A DNA stretch of 64,000 nt, taken from positions 620,001-684,000 of the forward strand of contig OZ025792.1 in the NCBI GenBank assembly GCA_964019425.1, written 5' to 3'. The DNA is from Flectonema sp. DT1601 (Eukaryota). The notes under the pieces were generated by a model. That model made no database searches. It was given only the letters and a program-made list of their open reading frames with translations, and had not been told where the DNA came from. Below are positions 22,097-33,926 of the stretch, piece by piece. Numbering within the stretch: the first letter of the stretch is position 1; each line of letters starts with the position of its first letter. A program made the translations under genes and the position numbers.

Positions 22097-22865
22097 TTCT
22101 TTTTATTTATTTTTAGAAAAAACAATCAGTTTAGCGTCTTGACCAGGACGGAAAATAGAAATTAATCGACATAGTCGATCGATAAAAAAAAACAATGATA
22201 ACATTGTTTATTCCTTTTTTTTTTATTTATATTCTTTTTTTTATTTTTAAAAAAAAATACAATCAGTTTAGCGTCTTGACCAGGACGGAAAGTAGACAGT
22301 AATCGACAAAGTCGATCGATAAAAAAACACAATGATAACATTGTTTATTTCTTTTTTTTTTTTTTTTTTTTTTTTTTATATCTTTTATTTATTTTTTAAA
22401 GAAAAAACAATCAGTTTAGCGTCTTGACCAGGACGGAAAATAGAAATTAGTCGACAAAGTCGATCGATAAAAAAAAACAATGATAACATTGTTTATTCTT
22501 TTTTTTTTTTTTTTTAATTCTTTTTATTTATTTTTAAAGAAAAAAAACGGAAAATAGAAATTAGTCGACAAGGTCGAACGATAAAAAAAACAATGATAAC
22601 ATTGTTTATTCTTTTTTTTTTATTTTTTTTTTATATTCTTTTTTATTAATTTTGAAAAAAAACAATCAGTTTAGCGTCTTGACCAGGACGGAAAATAGAA
22701 AGTAATCGACATAGTCGATCGATAAAAAAACAATGATAACATTGTTTATTCTTTTTTTTTTTTTTTAAATTCTTTTTATTTATTTTTTAAAGAAAAAAAA
22801 AAACGGAAAATAGAAATTAGTCGACAGAGTCGATCGATAAAAACAACAATGATAACATTGTTTAT
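21877..22865 (-). repeat. three-hairpin satellite array
   Basis: Same unit and orientation as 13063-16360. Confidence 0.95.
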
Positions 22866-23148
22866 AGAAAAATGCTAAGAGGAACCCCCTATTAACACCT
22901 AAGACATCTAAACTGCAGCCCAGCTTATGCCCAATGCACTAACAGGTCATTCCCTCACACTCAGATCAAAAAATCAAAGTTCAGAGTGCATCTTAGCATG
23001 AATGAGAGAAATTTCTCATCGCTTTTTTTGAACAAAAGGGATAGAAGAGGGGATAGAAAACGAACATAACAATAAAATTCTAAGTGAGAAACACTTACTG
23101 CAACTGGAAATATTACTGCGCTGAATAATTACTGCGGGGAAATATTAC

Positions 23149-25250
23149 TGAGGCGATCGGCAGGGGTGGAGGTTTCACGAATTTTCACGATCCTTCACGG
23201 TTTGTCACGAGTTGTCACTACCTATCACGAAAATTCACGAAAATTCACTGCCAAAAAGCATGGTGAAAAATCGTGAATTTTCGTGAATAATCGTGAATTT
23301 TCGTGAATTTTGATATTGAGATTTGTGGTTTGGCAAAAAAAACTACTCAGGGGGGGCCTGAACTGCACTGCTTCGTAGTTGTCATCGGTCCTATGGTTCT
23401 CTACAGTTTATTGTTAATACTACTTCTCTTTAATCCAGCTCTTGTTACAGTTTCATGTGGTTGCTGAACTATTCTAGCACAGGTGGGTCGATAGGCATGT
23501 GTGGTGATCGTTGAAGTGGTGGTGCTTGTTAATCCTATCGTTCTCTAAAGTTTATTGTGGTAATGCATTCACATGGCTCTCGTAAGAGTAACAGTGCAAC
23601 TTCGCGATTCCTTGCCAGCAGAGATCTTGCTGTATGTGACTAGCAGATCAAAGCTGTTAGATGTATTGGGTGGTATGGGACTAGAAGTTGAAGATGACTT
23701 GGAGGTTAGGGCTCGTGTTGCTGGCACGGATGGCATGCTGATCTGGTGCGATGAGAAGATTGGTGAGGTTGACGGTGTATCGCAATACACTGTTGCTGGG
23801 ACCCTGCATCTCCGCCCACAGCCACCAAGTACAGTTGTCCCGATCCTCTTGCAGCACATCGCCATGCGCCGCATTCCGCAGTTTACCCGCCAGCTTCATG
23901 GTCTTGACTCCGTCAGTTATTGGGCTGCACGAAGAGAGATGATCCGGTGGTTGTATGTGCAGGATTGTGTGTTTCTCATTCGCAACCGGGAGAGTACCTT
24001 CTGCCTAGTAAGTGACGCAACATCTGTGACAGAAAACTCGTCAGCGCTACACATCACTGCTGCTACAGCTACGACTGCATGCTATAGTCTTGCATGCAGA
24101 CTGACACAGAGCCACCAAGCTCAATCATTCTGTGACACACTACGACGTGCGCTGCACCACTTCCAGCAGCTCGGAATCTTAATCACTGATCCGGCACCAC
24201 CACCTCTGTCAACTTGCACGATCACCTCTGCGCTCAGTGATCGGGGTGGATCAGAATACAGGGGGTTTAAATTATTTGACCAAGATGGCAATATCTGCCT
24301 CATCCCGGAGCCTACACACCGAGTTCATTGCATCGCCTCCTGGATTGCGAAGTACTTTGGCCTCAGTGACTTCCTCCGTTCAATAGTAACGCTGTGCTTC
24401 TTCATACGTGGGAATCGGTCGTTTGCTTACTGGCTTCGCAAGAAGCACCGCATCTCTTTTAGGGCGTGCCCATTTAAAGAGAAGGTTACGAATGGGCGCT
24501 TCGGAAGCTTTGCATGCTATGTGTTATCATGCCCGCTTCGAGGTATTCCATTCCTCAGGTGGGTTCTCACATTCTTGCAGCGCAACAAGCGCCTCATCAA
24601 GTACTCTCATCGTCGCAGGCGGGCATACGCTTACCTGATGTCTCTCAGTAACGAGGAAATGGGCAACATCATGGAGTTCATGTGTGCACAATATAGTATT
24701 GTGAATAGTGTGCTCAGACGTCTCATCTCATTCTCCCGGGAGCATCGCACTCCGCGGCAACTTCTCCAGTTTTGGGCAGAGGTTGCACGTGACATGTCAG
24801 AGGCAGCCACAATTGACATCTCATATTTGCTGAATGATCACGGTCGGGTTGTTACAGAACAGAACAGTCTGAACGAGAATGAGCCCCTCAGTGATTAAAC
24901 CCACCGCACACGCGATGCGCCGGTCCAAAGTCCGGAACCTCACCACAAGCGATGGTCAGGAAGGGTGATGGGTCACTGGGCACAAGCGATGCCCATTTAG
25001 TTGTCAAAGTGACATGTATGGCAAACTGAACAGGTTTGACATTGCACAGCACACCAGCACCAACGGTACCATCTGGATATCACTCACTTTTTTCACTAGA
25101 ATTCACACATTTTCACACATTTTCACGGGATTTCACTACCAGAAAGCAGCAAAAAATTAAGTGAAAAATCGTGAAAAATCGTGAAAAATCGTGAATTTTC
25201 GTGTAGCAAAGTGAAAAATCGTGAACACCTCCACCCTGCCGATCGCCTCA
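23149..25250 (+). mobile_element. DNA transposon with TG...CA ends, ~25-bp TIR, 5-bp TSD and hAT-like transposase
   Basis: TIR TGAGGCGATCGGCAGGG(G)TGGAGGT. ATTAC at 23144-23148 and 25251-25255. Subterminal TCGTGAAAAA/TTCACGA repeats at both ends. Confidence 0.92.
23573..24898 (+). CDS. divergent DDE transposase (hAT/P-like fold), probably internally deleted
   Basis: FCLVSDAT (first D), ALSDRGG (second D), PEPTHRVH (C/DxxH position) and NGRFGS (TRW.S position). No recognisable third catalytic E region. Confidence 0.6.
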   Translation: MALVRVTVQLRDSLPAEILLYVTSRSKLLDVLGGMGLEVEDDLEVRARVAGTDGMLIWCDEKIGEVDGVSQYTVAGTLHLRPQPPSTVVPILLQHIAMRRIPQFTRQLHGLDSVSYWAARREMIRWLYVQDCVFLIRNRESTFCLVSDATSVTENSSALHITAATATTACYSLACRLTQSHQAQSFCDTLRRALHHFQQLGILITDPAPPPLSTCTITSALSDRGGSEYRGFKLFDQDGNICLIPEPTHRVHCIASWIAKYFGLSDFLRSIVTLCFFIRGNRSFAYWLRKKHRISFRACPFKEKVTNGRFGSFACYVLSCPLRGIPFLRWVLTFLQRNKRLIKYSHRRRRAYAYLMSLSNEEMGNIMEFMCAQYSIVNSVLRRLISFSREHRTPRQLLQFWAEVARDMSEAATIDISYLLNDHGRVVTEQNSLNENEPLSD

Positions 25251-26141
25251 ATTACTGCGCGGAAAAATTAGTGCGGTTTTTTCCACTTGGTGGTAGAAAA
25301 AAATTTGGTTGCTTTTTTGCTGTGTAAGGCACCAGCAGAAAAATGCAGCTGGAGAAAAAATCACTTCTGAGCAGAATTATTAGTGCGGTGGAAATATTAC
25401 TGTGTGGAAAAAATAGTGCGGTTTTTTGCAGATTTGGAAATTAGTGCGGTTTTTTCCGCGCAGTAATATTTCCAGTTGCAGTAGCAGAAACACTTAGCAA
25501 CTTTTAAGGAGCTGAAAAGCAAAAAAAAAATCTAAGTGAGAAACACTTAGTAGAAACAATTTGTAGCTAATTAAGCTGAAAATAAAAAAATAAAAAATTT
25601 CTAAGTGAGAAATACTTAGCAACTTTTAGAACAAATATTTCAGTAAATAACCTGTAATGATTAAACCATTACAGGTACCTACAAAAACCTTTTTTTTTGC
25701 AGTTGTCTTTTGGTTGTAGCTGAGTTGACTTTTATTTTATGCTTTTCTAATGTCCCAAAGTTGGTTTATTTTACTTTTTTTTTCTGCAAGGGAACAGTCC
25801 AAAGCATAAGTCCGAACAGCCCTGAGGCCAGAACTGATTGTTAGGTATTGTATTCCAGAGAAAGTTTGGTTTGTATCTCCCGGGTACCCCCCTTGCGATG
25901 CTAGCGCAAGAGTCGAGGTGTTATGTATTCCTCTCCGTTGCGCTACTTTATTTTTATTTACTGTAATTATAAATATCACGGTGTATAAAAAGTTTGGAGT
26001 ATAACAACTTTGGATATAAAAAAGATGGTGGATTCTCGGAAAAAAACTTGGTGGATTTTTATAAAAAAGTATGAAAGTACACATTTTGACTGTAAAATGG
26101 TGGTTTTTTGAGTATGAAATTTTTCTGTAGGCAATCACAAT

Positions 26142-27102
26142 ATGCACAAATTTTTGAAAAAGCGGGAGCCTTTTGAGCCCCTGAAGACGTCGGTGAGCAA
26201 GGTGGAGCTGGATTTGATAAGGCAAGAGCAGCAGGTGAAAGAGCAACCAACTTCTCGCTGTTATGAGAAGTGGTCAAGGGAGGAGTTGCTTAACATCGGT
26301 GAGATGGTGAACTCTGCCACCAATGTGTCAAAGGCGATTGCCTTCTTCAACAAGGACCATAAGAAGAGATTAACAGTTGGCACGGCAGGCAGGGCAATGA
26401 AGCTCTTTATTGAGGAACAGAAGAGGAAGACGAAGGGAGAACCACTAAAAGAGGGGCAGGTGAAATCTGGGAGACCCACCATCTTAACCACTGATGAGGA
26501 AGCAAGGGTGCTCGATTTAATTGAGAATATCCGTGCTTATGGTGGCTGTGTGTTTGCTTCTCTGGTTTCAAGCACAGCAAGGGGGATAGTGCTTGCAAGT
26601 GATACACCGGAACGCGTGGATTCTAGTTCCCTACAAGAAGTATGGGCCTACAAGTTCCTGGAACGGAAGGGTTGGACACACCGTCGTGGAACCACTGCGA
26701 AAGTAGCGCCTGAAGCAGAACTCGCATCAGCTCGGTCAAGGTTTCTAGAACGCATCTCCAGTGCTCGAATACATGGTGCAATTCCTGACAGCATGGTCAT
26801 TAACTTTGACCACACCCAGTGCCTGATGCTTCCATCAAGCAAGTGCACCTTCAATCCCAAAGGTGCCACTTCGGTGCCGATATCATTCACCGATGATAAG
26901 CGGGGCGTCAGCGTAGTACTGGGTTGCTCGATGACAGGGGACAAGCTCCCAATGCAGGCCATCTACAAGGGTAAGACGGCTAGATCAACCCCACACAGCC
27001 ACCCTTGTCTTGAACACCGAGATGATGTGCTGTTAACCAGCAATCTAAGAGGGTGGGCAAACGAAACAACAACTATTGAGTACCTTCAGAAGGCAATAGT
27101 CC
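26142..27102 (+). pseudogene. pogo/Tigger-like (CENP-B HTH + DDE_1) transposase, 3' truncated by satellite
   Basis: SGRPTILTTDEE, WAYKFLERKGWTHRRGT, IPDSMVINFDHT, GDKLPMQAIYKGKT and GWANETT. The reading frame runs into the satellite poly-T. Confidence 0.9.
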
Positions 27103-27348
27103 CTTTTTTTTTTTTATTATTCTTTTTATTTATTTTTTAAAGAAAAAAACAATCAGTTTAGCGTCTTGACCAGGACGGAAAATAGAAAGTAATCGACATA
27201 GTCGATCGATAAAAAAACAATGATAACATTGTTTATTCTTTTTTTTTATTTTTTTTTTTATATTCTTTTTTATTAATTTTGAAAAAAAAACAATCAGTTT
27301 AGCGTCTTGACCAGGACGGAAAATAGAAAGTAATCGACATAGTCGATG
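27103..27348 (-). repeat. three-hairpin satellite, last two units
   Basis: Same unit. It ends less than 100 bp before the first host gene. Confidence 0.93.
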
Positions 27349-27441
27349 GAATCCCTATTAAATGATCCACTCTTTCAATGGGAGGTTTTCGTTTTATTTT
27401 TGTTGCTGTGATAACAATCTTATTTTCGACGGTATTTCAGG

Positions 27442-28770
27442 ATGTCTGATCCACTAAAAAATGTATTCATCGCATTACAGAATGAAAAAGGTGAGGAATC
27501 AATTGACGTAAAGACAATTGAGGATGTGTGTCAGGGTTTTGGTTTAAATTTTGATTGTGGAGATGCGATGGGAATAGAGAAGGATGACGAAGGGCGGTGG
27601 AAGAGGAGGGCAGGGTATCACGACATCATAGAACTCTTTCGTGGAAAGAGTCCGAAGATTGAAAACGATTTGCGACCATTAGAAACGAGTGAGCAGCTGA
27701 TCAAGATCATCCAACCGGAGTCGGTAAATGAAATTGCAACACCAACACAAGATGTATCTCAGCAGCACCCTACCACTCGAAGGGCGAGAGCTGTAGTCGA
27801 TAGAAGGCGAAAGGTTGAACAAAATCAGGTTAAAATAAACTGGTGGGACACTCCAGCTGAAGCAGAAAATCGTGTTCTGAGGGAGGACAACTCAGAGACC
27901 CGCACAAATGGTGTTTTTTTGAGTAACTTGGTAATGGACAACGACGACGCTGACTCCGTTTCGGGAACGGCGAGTGTTCCAAATATTAGTTCTCCAGAAG
28001 CACCTAATTATGCAAGTACAGATTTATGTGTTGTGGTGTCACCAACCCTGACAAATCGGACTGATGAACTGTTCCCTTGCCTTGACCAGCTTAGTAATCT
28101 TACTGCTGACTACACTGATAACCAAAAAACTATGTGGGAAAGCATGAGTCCCAAGTCATTGATGCGAGAGCTCAATGCGTTGGTGTCAACTGTCACAGCT
28201 GGCGATGTAGTAAGCAGTAAGTTAGGCATTCAAAACTCAACTGCAAATAGACTTCGCGGCGCCGCACCATACATTGAACATAGTGTTGATGCGCAGTTTG
28301 ATAACACGACCCTTAAGATTTACAGCACTCCTGGTATTTCAGTGACGAAACAATCAGACCTACTTAGTACGGTACGCTCTAATGGTGGCGATCGGTCGGT
28401 CTTTAAGGTGTCCCATTTTGTGTATGCACCTGCAAAAAAAATTGTCAAAAAGCGACTACGTGATAAAAAAATGGTTGCTTCTAAAGAACAGTCTTTTAAA
28501 TTAACGCATCCTGATTGGAATAGCCTTAACAGCATGCCTCTGCATCGGAAACAATTGAGCCTTCCAATTTCGCCAGATTTACCAGCTATAACGTCCTTCA
28601 GGATAGGCCATGAACAGAGTGAAGTTGTAACCGTCGGAAATAGACCGGTCCCAAATCCTTCTACTGAGAGACGCCTGTTGACGGACGTACTCAAATCGTT
28701 GCGGGATTGCGAAAAAATGAGGTCGAGCTCTTCGCGGGAGAAGAGAATAAAAAAGAAAAAAAGACTGTAA
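27442..28770 (+). CDS. hypothetical protein, possible degenerate N-terminal EF-hand pair
   Basis: 442-aa ORF preceded by TTTCAG|G-ATG. NVFIAL...IDVKTIEDVCQGFGL resembles EF-hand helices. Basic C-terminus. Confidence 0.7.
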   Translation: MSDPLKNVFIALQNEKGEESIDVKTIEDVCQGFGLNFDCGDAMGIEKDDEGRWKRRAGYHDIIELFRGKSPKIENDLRPLETSEQLIKIIQPESVNEIATPTQDVSQQHPTTRRARAVVDRRRKVEQNQVKINWWDTPAEAENRVLREDNSETRTNGVFLSNLVMDNDDADSVSGTASVPNISSPEAPNYASTDLCVVVSPTLTNRTDELFPCLDQLSNLTADYTDNQKTMWESMSPKSLMRELNALVSTVTAGDVVSSKLGIQNSTANRLRGAAPYIEHSVDAQFDNTTLKIYSTPGISVTKQSDLLSTVRSNGGDRSVFKVSHFVYAPAKKIVKKRLRDKKMVASKEQSFKLTHPDWNSLNSMPLHRKQLSLPISPDLPAITSFRIGHEQSEVVTVGNRPVPNPSTERRLLTDVLKSLRDCEKMRSSSSREKRIKKKKRL

Positions 28771-29493
28771 GAATGGAGGGCTTCTGTAGTGTTCTTCCGA
28801 CAGTCAAGTTTTACAACTTTGACTGAATGAGAGCTTTTGTGTCCGCACGATATGATAATTTAGACGTGGTGTACTTGACTAAGCTAGTCCAAACCAAAAC
28901 AGTTAATGACAGACAACACCTGAACATGACATCAAAAACCGCAGAGCGCAACACTGAGATCGATCACTGTACAGATGCGAGATAGAAATGGTTGTCTGTG
29001 TTGCTGGGAAGGAGGACTGTTACACATCTGTATCTATTTATACCAACACCTCAAGATGCTATAAATTTGTAGCAGGTGGTTGCTTTACTTTTGGTGAGGG
29101 AATGTAGTGGTGCTCAGTGACAATAGACAGTTCACATTTTATTTTTTGCAGGTACCTTTATTTAAAAACATGTTATTGGTGCCGTTGCACATGCGCTTTT
29201 CAGGGGCACGAAGATACGATTGGATGGAAAAGTCTGGCCATCAAGTGCCACCCCTGTCCCACCAGTTTTCCACGGTCCCACCTTAGCCCCACCCTGTGTC
29301 ACCGATCTCACGCGACCCACGGACTCATTGGTAACTTTGATATCATAAGCAGTCGTTGTGTTGTTTTATTGCCAGGTATCCTACAGCTGGGTTAAGTGAA
29401 AGGATTCACTAAATAGTAAAAAGGGCGTAGGCTATTGCGAGGCGATTACTTATCACACTTATTACAGCATTATACACTTTCACAAAGAAAACT

Positions 29494-29889
29494 ATGCAGA
29501 CTATCTCAACTGAGTTGGCAGCCAAGGCAGTTGGTCCTTACTCACAGGCGATGGTCCATGGTGGTGTTGTATATGTAAGTGGATGTATTGGTCTTTGTCC
29601 TGAGAAGATGAGTTTAGTAGAGGGCGGAGTGATGGGACAGACAGCTCGGGCGTTTGCTAACATGGAAGCTGTACTAAAGGCATCGGGAAGTTCTTTGGGC
29701 AACGTGTTGAAGACTACTGTTTATCTTGCAAAAATGAGTGACTTTGCGGAGGTAAACGGACTGTATGCCGAGAAGTTTGGTGATCACAAACCAGCAAGGG
29801 CTTGCTTGGCAGCAGCAGAACTCCCAAAGGGAGCACTCTTCGAGATTGATTGCATTGCAGTTGTTGGCGCTAAACCAGAAACAAAGTAG
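29494..29889 (+). CDS. ridA: RidA/YjgF/YER057c/UK114 reactive intermediate deaminase
   Basis: AVGPYSQA, YVSGCIG, NVLKTTVYL..MSDFAEVN..Y, KPARAC and LPKGALFEIDCIA. Confidence 0.96.
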   Translation: MQTISTELAAKAVGPYSQAMVHGGVVYVSGCIGLCPEKMSLVEGGVMGQTARAFANMEAVLKASGSSLGNVLKTTVYLAKMSDFAEVNGLYAEKFGDHKPARACLAAAELPKGALFEIDCIAVVGAKPETK

Positions 29890-30339
29890 AATGTCCCTTT
29901 TATCTTTGTTATTCGATCGTTTTGACTCCCCTTCTTCCCCTTTACCTGATACACGAGCAAGTGAGACAGAGGCTGATTAAAAAGCAAAGTCTCACTGCAA
30001 ATCTCCTTCTGCTACGTAAGCATGAGTGAACGAAATTAAACTAAATGATGAACGCAGCACCCCTTTTACTAAGTGATTCAATGCGTGAACCCCGTAAACC
30101 GACCGTTCTGGGTAGCCCCTCATTTACGTTGGGAAATTGTACTATTTTGGGTGAGAAAGGTATCCAGACGAAATGAAAAAGTGCATTTCCCACTACTGGA
30201 GCTTCATGTTTCACGATATGCAGTTGATTTTATAAATAACATGTTCCGGTTGAAACGGCTGCGAAATCTGACCAGCCGACTGTTTACAGTATTGTACTGA
30301 ATACTCTTTTCTTAAGCAGCCAATGTTCTGATACATAAT

Positions 30340-30543
30340 ATGCCGAGCTCTTGGTTAGGTGGTGTAGACCCGAAGACTAAAAAATGTTATCAATCTAGCA
30401 ATGCTTGTAGCTCAAAGTGGGATGGCTGCATTGTTGGTACAACTTGTAAGGAGCGAGGTTACTGCAAAGCTATTTCCGGACCTGGATCACGGGCTTGGGA
30501 TAAGGGCGACTGTCCCCCTCCTGGAACGTGTTCTCTTATGTAG
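30340..30543 (+). CDS. small cysteine-rich protein (67 aa)
   Basis: Protein-like ORF with 7 Cys, preceded by a pyrimidine tract and AG, on the same strand as its neighbours. Confidence 0.5.
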   Translation: MPSSWLGGVDPKTKKCYQSSNACSSKWDGCIVGTTCKERGYCKAISGPGSRAWDKGDCPPPGTCSLM

Positions 30544-31036
30544 CTGTTTTGTGTAACGCGACTGGTAACCTAGAAGTATAAGTTGACGAGTAAATCAAAT
30601 GTCTTCTTTGTGTACAGGCAAGATACTCCCTGCGGTCGATCTGACACTAACCTGGGAGAGTTATTGTATTTCTTATTTGAGTTGAGTTGACTTGTCAAAA
30701 TTGCAACAACATCTCTCTATCATTGATTTAGTACTACGCTTATCGTTCTATTCCTCAATGATGTCTTCATCTCTGTGTTGACAACGTTTCTAATGTCAAC
30801 TTCTTTCATTAAACTAACTGTAGTTACACGAACATAAGCTTCTATTAAGATGTAAAAGGTCTTATAAGTATTCGCTATTACTTCCACAGAATTAAATAAA
30901 TATACGTGAGCGAGGGGAGGGCCACATGGAGGTATCACAAACGAAGGGAAGTTTCTTACAAGAGAATCCAATAGAAGTTACTTTGGAATTTTTTCGATTT
31001 TGATTAAAACTAATTTTTCTCCAGATACGTGGATGG

Positions 31037-31624
31037 ATGGGTTGCGTTGTTTCGAAGGAAGCTAAAGAGCAAAGTGCAAGTTGGAAGGATATCGCGCAGT
31101 TTTCAGCGAACCCGTTGACGAAGAGGGTGGGGGACAAAGACTACCCGGTACCTAAGAAAAAGAAAAAGAAACGGAAGAGGCGAAAATCAGTCACCGCTGC
31201 AGCTGCTGTCGTAACAAATGAAAGCATTGACAAAGCAACCGAAGAGAAAGTCGAAGATGATCTCGAGAATAATTATGAAAAGGGAAAAGATCTTTCGAAG
31301 AATGATAACAAAATGACCGAATCGACATCAAATTCTCGTAAGAGTGGAAAATCAAAAACTGATTTTTCAGAAGTTCAATTAACCGACAAAACTCTTCGAC
31401 TGATGGGTAGCAACTATTCTTCATCAAACGCCTCTTCTCAAAAACTCTCGCGGTCGGTTAGGAATTGGCTCTCAGGTGTTGAGAAAAGATCGAACTTCGA
31501 TGAGAGCCTCGAAAGAAGTCTTAAGTCAGACTCGAGAGTAAGTCAGAGAAGTCAAGTATCTCAATCAGGAACAGTAACTCCAACTGGTGAAAAGTCTCGG
31601 AACTTGGAAGCTTTAGGGAAGTAA
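31037..31624 (+). CDS. hypothetical protein with an N-terminal dual-acylation motif
   Basis: MGCVVS (G2/C3/S6), a polybasic tract and a Ser-rich tail. TTTTCTCCAG acceptor just upstream. Confidence 0.75.
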   Translation: MGCVVSKEAKEQSASWKDIAQFSANPLTKRVGDKDYPVPKKKKKKRKRRKSVTAAAAVVTNESIDKATEEKVEDDLENNYEKGKDLSKNDNKMTESTSNSRKSGKSKTDFSEVQLTDKTLRLMGSNYSSSNASSQKLSRSVRNWLSGVEKRSNFDESLERSLKSDSRVSQRSQVSQSGTVTPTGEKSRNLEALGK

Positions 31625-32517
31625 CTGAATTTTATAAGAAGGCAGCATTCTATTCAGCCGTCATTCTACTTTATAAACATCAGAAATTCGAGACATGTTT
31701 CATCCTCCATCTGTAGATCTAACGCTGCTTGAGGAACCGATTACGCAACCTGATAGAGATATTCCTAATCAATGCGTTCTGATATTACTGTTTTGGGATC
31801 TTAAGAGTGTTCTAACCTTGACTTTACAATTGTAACAGTGGAAAATATATTTTATTTATTTGTCCCCAGCTCTTTTTTCTGTTTTTTTTTCGGTTATTTT
31901 TCGATATTTACCCTGGGTGGTAGCTCTCCCTTAAAACATAAGAGTTCAATAGAATATGGATGCATAGGGGTGCTTTTAAAAGAACTGAAATTGACCAGGC
32001 GGACTGAAGAGCTCCTCGGTTTTCTATTTTTTGATAAACCATTATTACTAAATATTGTATCTTGGGGGTTGTCGTGGGATTTTATTTAGTCCTTATCGAG
32101 ACCTTAATCCAGCCGCTTATTATTATTATTATGGATGCACTCATGATTTACTGTATTCCTTCCTTTCTCTCTCCTTCTCGTTGCATTTTTTATCGGAAAT
32201 GAATGAAACTAGAGATGAGTACCGGAGATTCATAACTTTAATTGATATATAAGTGTTAGTAAAGTGAGACAAGGTTTGAGAAATTCTTTTACTTTAGAAT
32301 GATAGCATCTTACAAGGCGATTCTATCATCTCTTTGGGTTTGTTTTTCGTAATGTACTTCCTGTGAGTTTAGATGCTTAATTCATTCCACAGTAGTATTA
32401 ATTTAATTTGTTAGCTTGCGATCCATCCCAGTTTTCCCCTCCACCCAACCCTCAATCTTTATTACACATGTCTGAATTCTTCATTGTTATGTTGAGTTAG
32501 ATAATAACTTTATTAAG

Positions 32518-32580
32518 ACTAAGTGACCATATGAATCACTAAGTGACCATATGAATCACTAAGTGACCATATGAATCACT
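32518..32580. repeat. 20-bp perfect tandem repeat x3
   Basis: ACTAAGTGACCATATGAATC. Confidence 0.95.
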
Positions 32581-33926
32581 TATCATGTTATTAGGTCCGG
32601 CGCAGTTATGACCTTAAACTGACTGTTATCTTGCCTGATCCTTTTAGTTTTCATTTCTTGCTGAGTGATATGGCTATGTGCTGCCCAAATCTTTTGTGGT
32701 ACATTTCTAAAGCTTTTCGGTAAGCCCACAGTACACTTATAATGCTTTGGACAACTGGGGGTGAACGATCCTCGGTACTGTTCCGGGGGGTTTCTATTTT
32801 CTTTCGTGGAGTGTGGGCATATGGCACATGTGGTCGTATTATAAAGAAAGATGTATATGAAAGAAAGAAGATTTTTTATTTTTTTCACCTTCCCCCCACT
32901 CCCAGATCATTTCTCTTTTATTTCCTTTAGTTGTTTACAACCTGTTAGCCTCTGGGCAAGGTGGAGGCTGGAAGTCGATCACTTCCAGCCAATACTATGA
33001 AACTACAATCTTCGCGATTGGGTCCTTACTGATGCGGGCTACCCAGACCCCTCGTAGTCATCAGTTTGTATTTTGATAACTAAACTAAACTTTTATTTCA
33101 TACGTTTTAGTAACCAAACATAGCTCCCCGTTATTTATTATTTTTAGTACTTTCGATGTGTTTTGGGTTATCGGTTGCCTTTCTAGGTAGCATTTCACAA
33201 TAGAAGATGTGTTGTCAAAGTCTTTTGGTGTTTTTAGTATATTTTTGATTATTTTTATTTTTATATTTACTGAGTAGTCGTTTTTCATTTACTATGAATT
33301 TCGTGCACAACTTTTCTTTCGGATGAACCCAGAGCTCAAGAGGTGGTTTCCTTTTTCGTTTCTTGCTTCTCTTTTTCTTCTTTTTTTAATCTCCCTTCCT
33401 CTTGTCTGATTGATTAAAGTTACTTTTCGACATGAATAATTCCCGAGAGAAGTTCATCTCTCCAGGGTACCTGTTCAAGGTTAAGGAAATTGTTCCTTTG
33501 CATTTACACTTATGAAAAAAAAACCGAATTCGCCTTTTTTTTTTTTTTAGTAGTTTCTTTTATTTGTTGATAAGAGTTGATGATTATGTGAATAAATAAA
33601 TAAAAATGAATAAAAAATATTTCGCTGCGCAACCCTTGACTTGGGAATTTTATGTCTTTTCTGGGTTTTTTCGAAATGAGGAAATTTAAAAAAAAAAAAA
33701 AAAAAAAAAAAGAAATTTATTTTCATAAGTACTCTCTCTTTCCAATTAATGAAATTATTTTATTTTTTTGTTGCTGTGAAATTCTACTTCTCTAACTGAG
33801 GTGGATATTTATTGCTTTTTTTGATTATTTACTTACACTACGAGGTGTTAATTATTCGTCGTGACGGACATTGAGAACCAGTTTAAGCAATTCTACTTTC
33901 CAGGTTACCAGCTGTACACAGTCGGA

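Larger units (their letters stand above)
23098..25481. mobile_element. Tc1/mariner-type MITE (TA TSD) hosting a nested element
   Basis: TIR CTGCAACTGGAAATATTACTGCGC at both ends. TA at 23096-23097 and 25482-25483. The reconstructed empty site GAGAAACACTTAGCAGAAAC resembles the local repeat at ~25538. Confidence 0.88.

Noticed and set aside
26488..26510. Other CTGATGA occurrences as hammerheads (e.g. ~26491, ~33958, ~33058 minus)
   Set aside because: Mostly inside coding sequence, and no adjoining stem II plus GAAA and matching stems were found by eye.
33861..33926. GTG start of the 1148-aa ORF (likewise the non-ATG starts at 40554 and 43722)
   Set aside because: These lie upstream of acceptor-like AGs; the first ATGs at 33927, 40629 and 43788 fit better.
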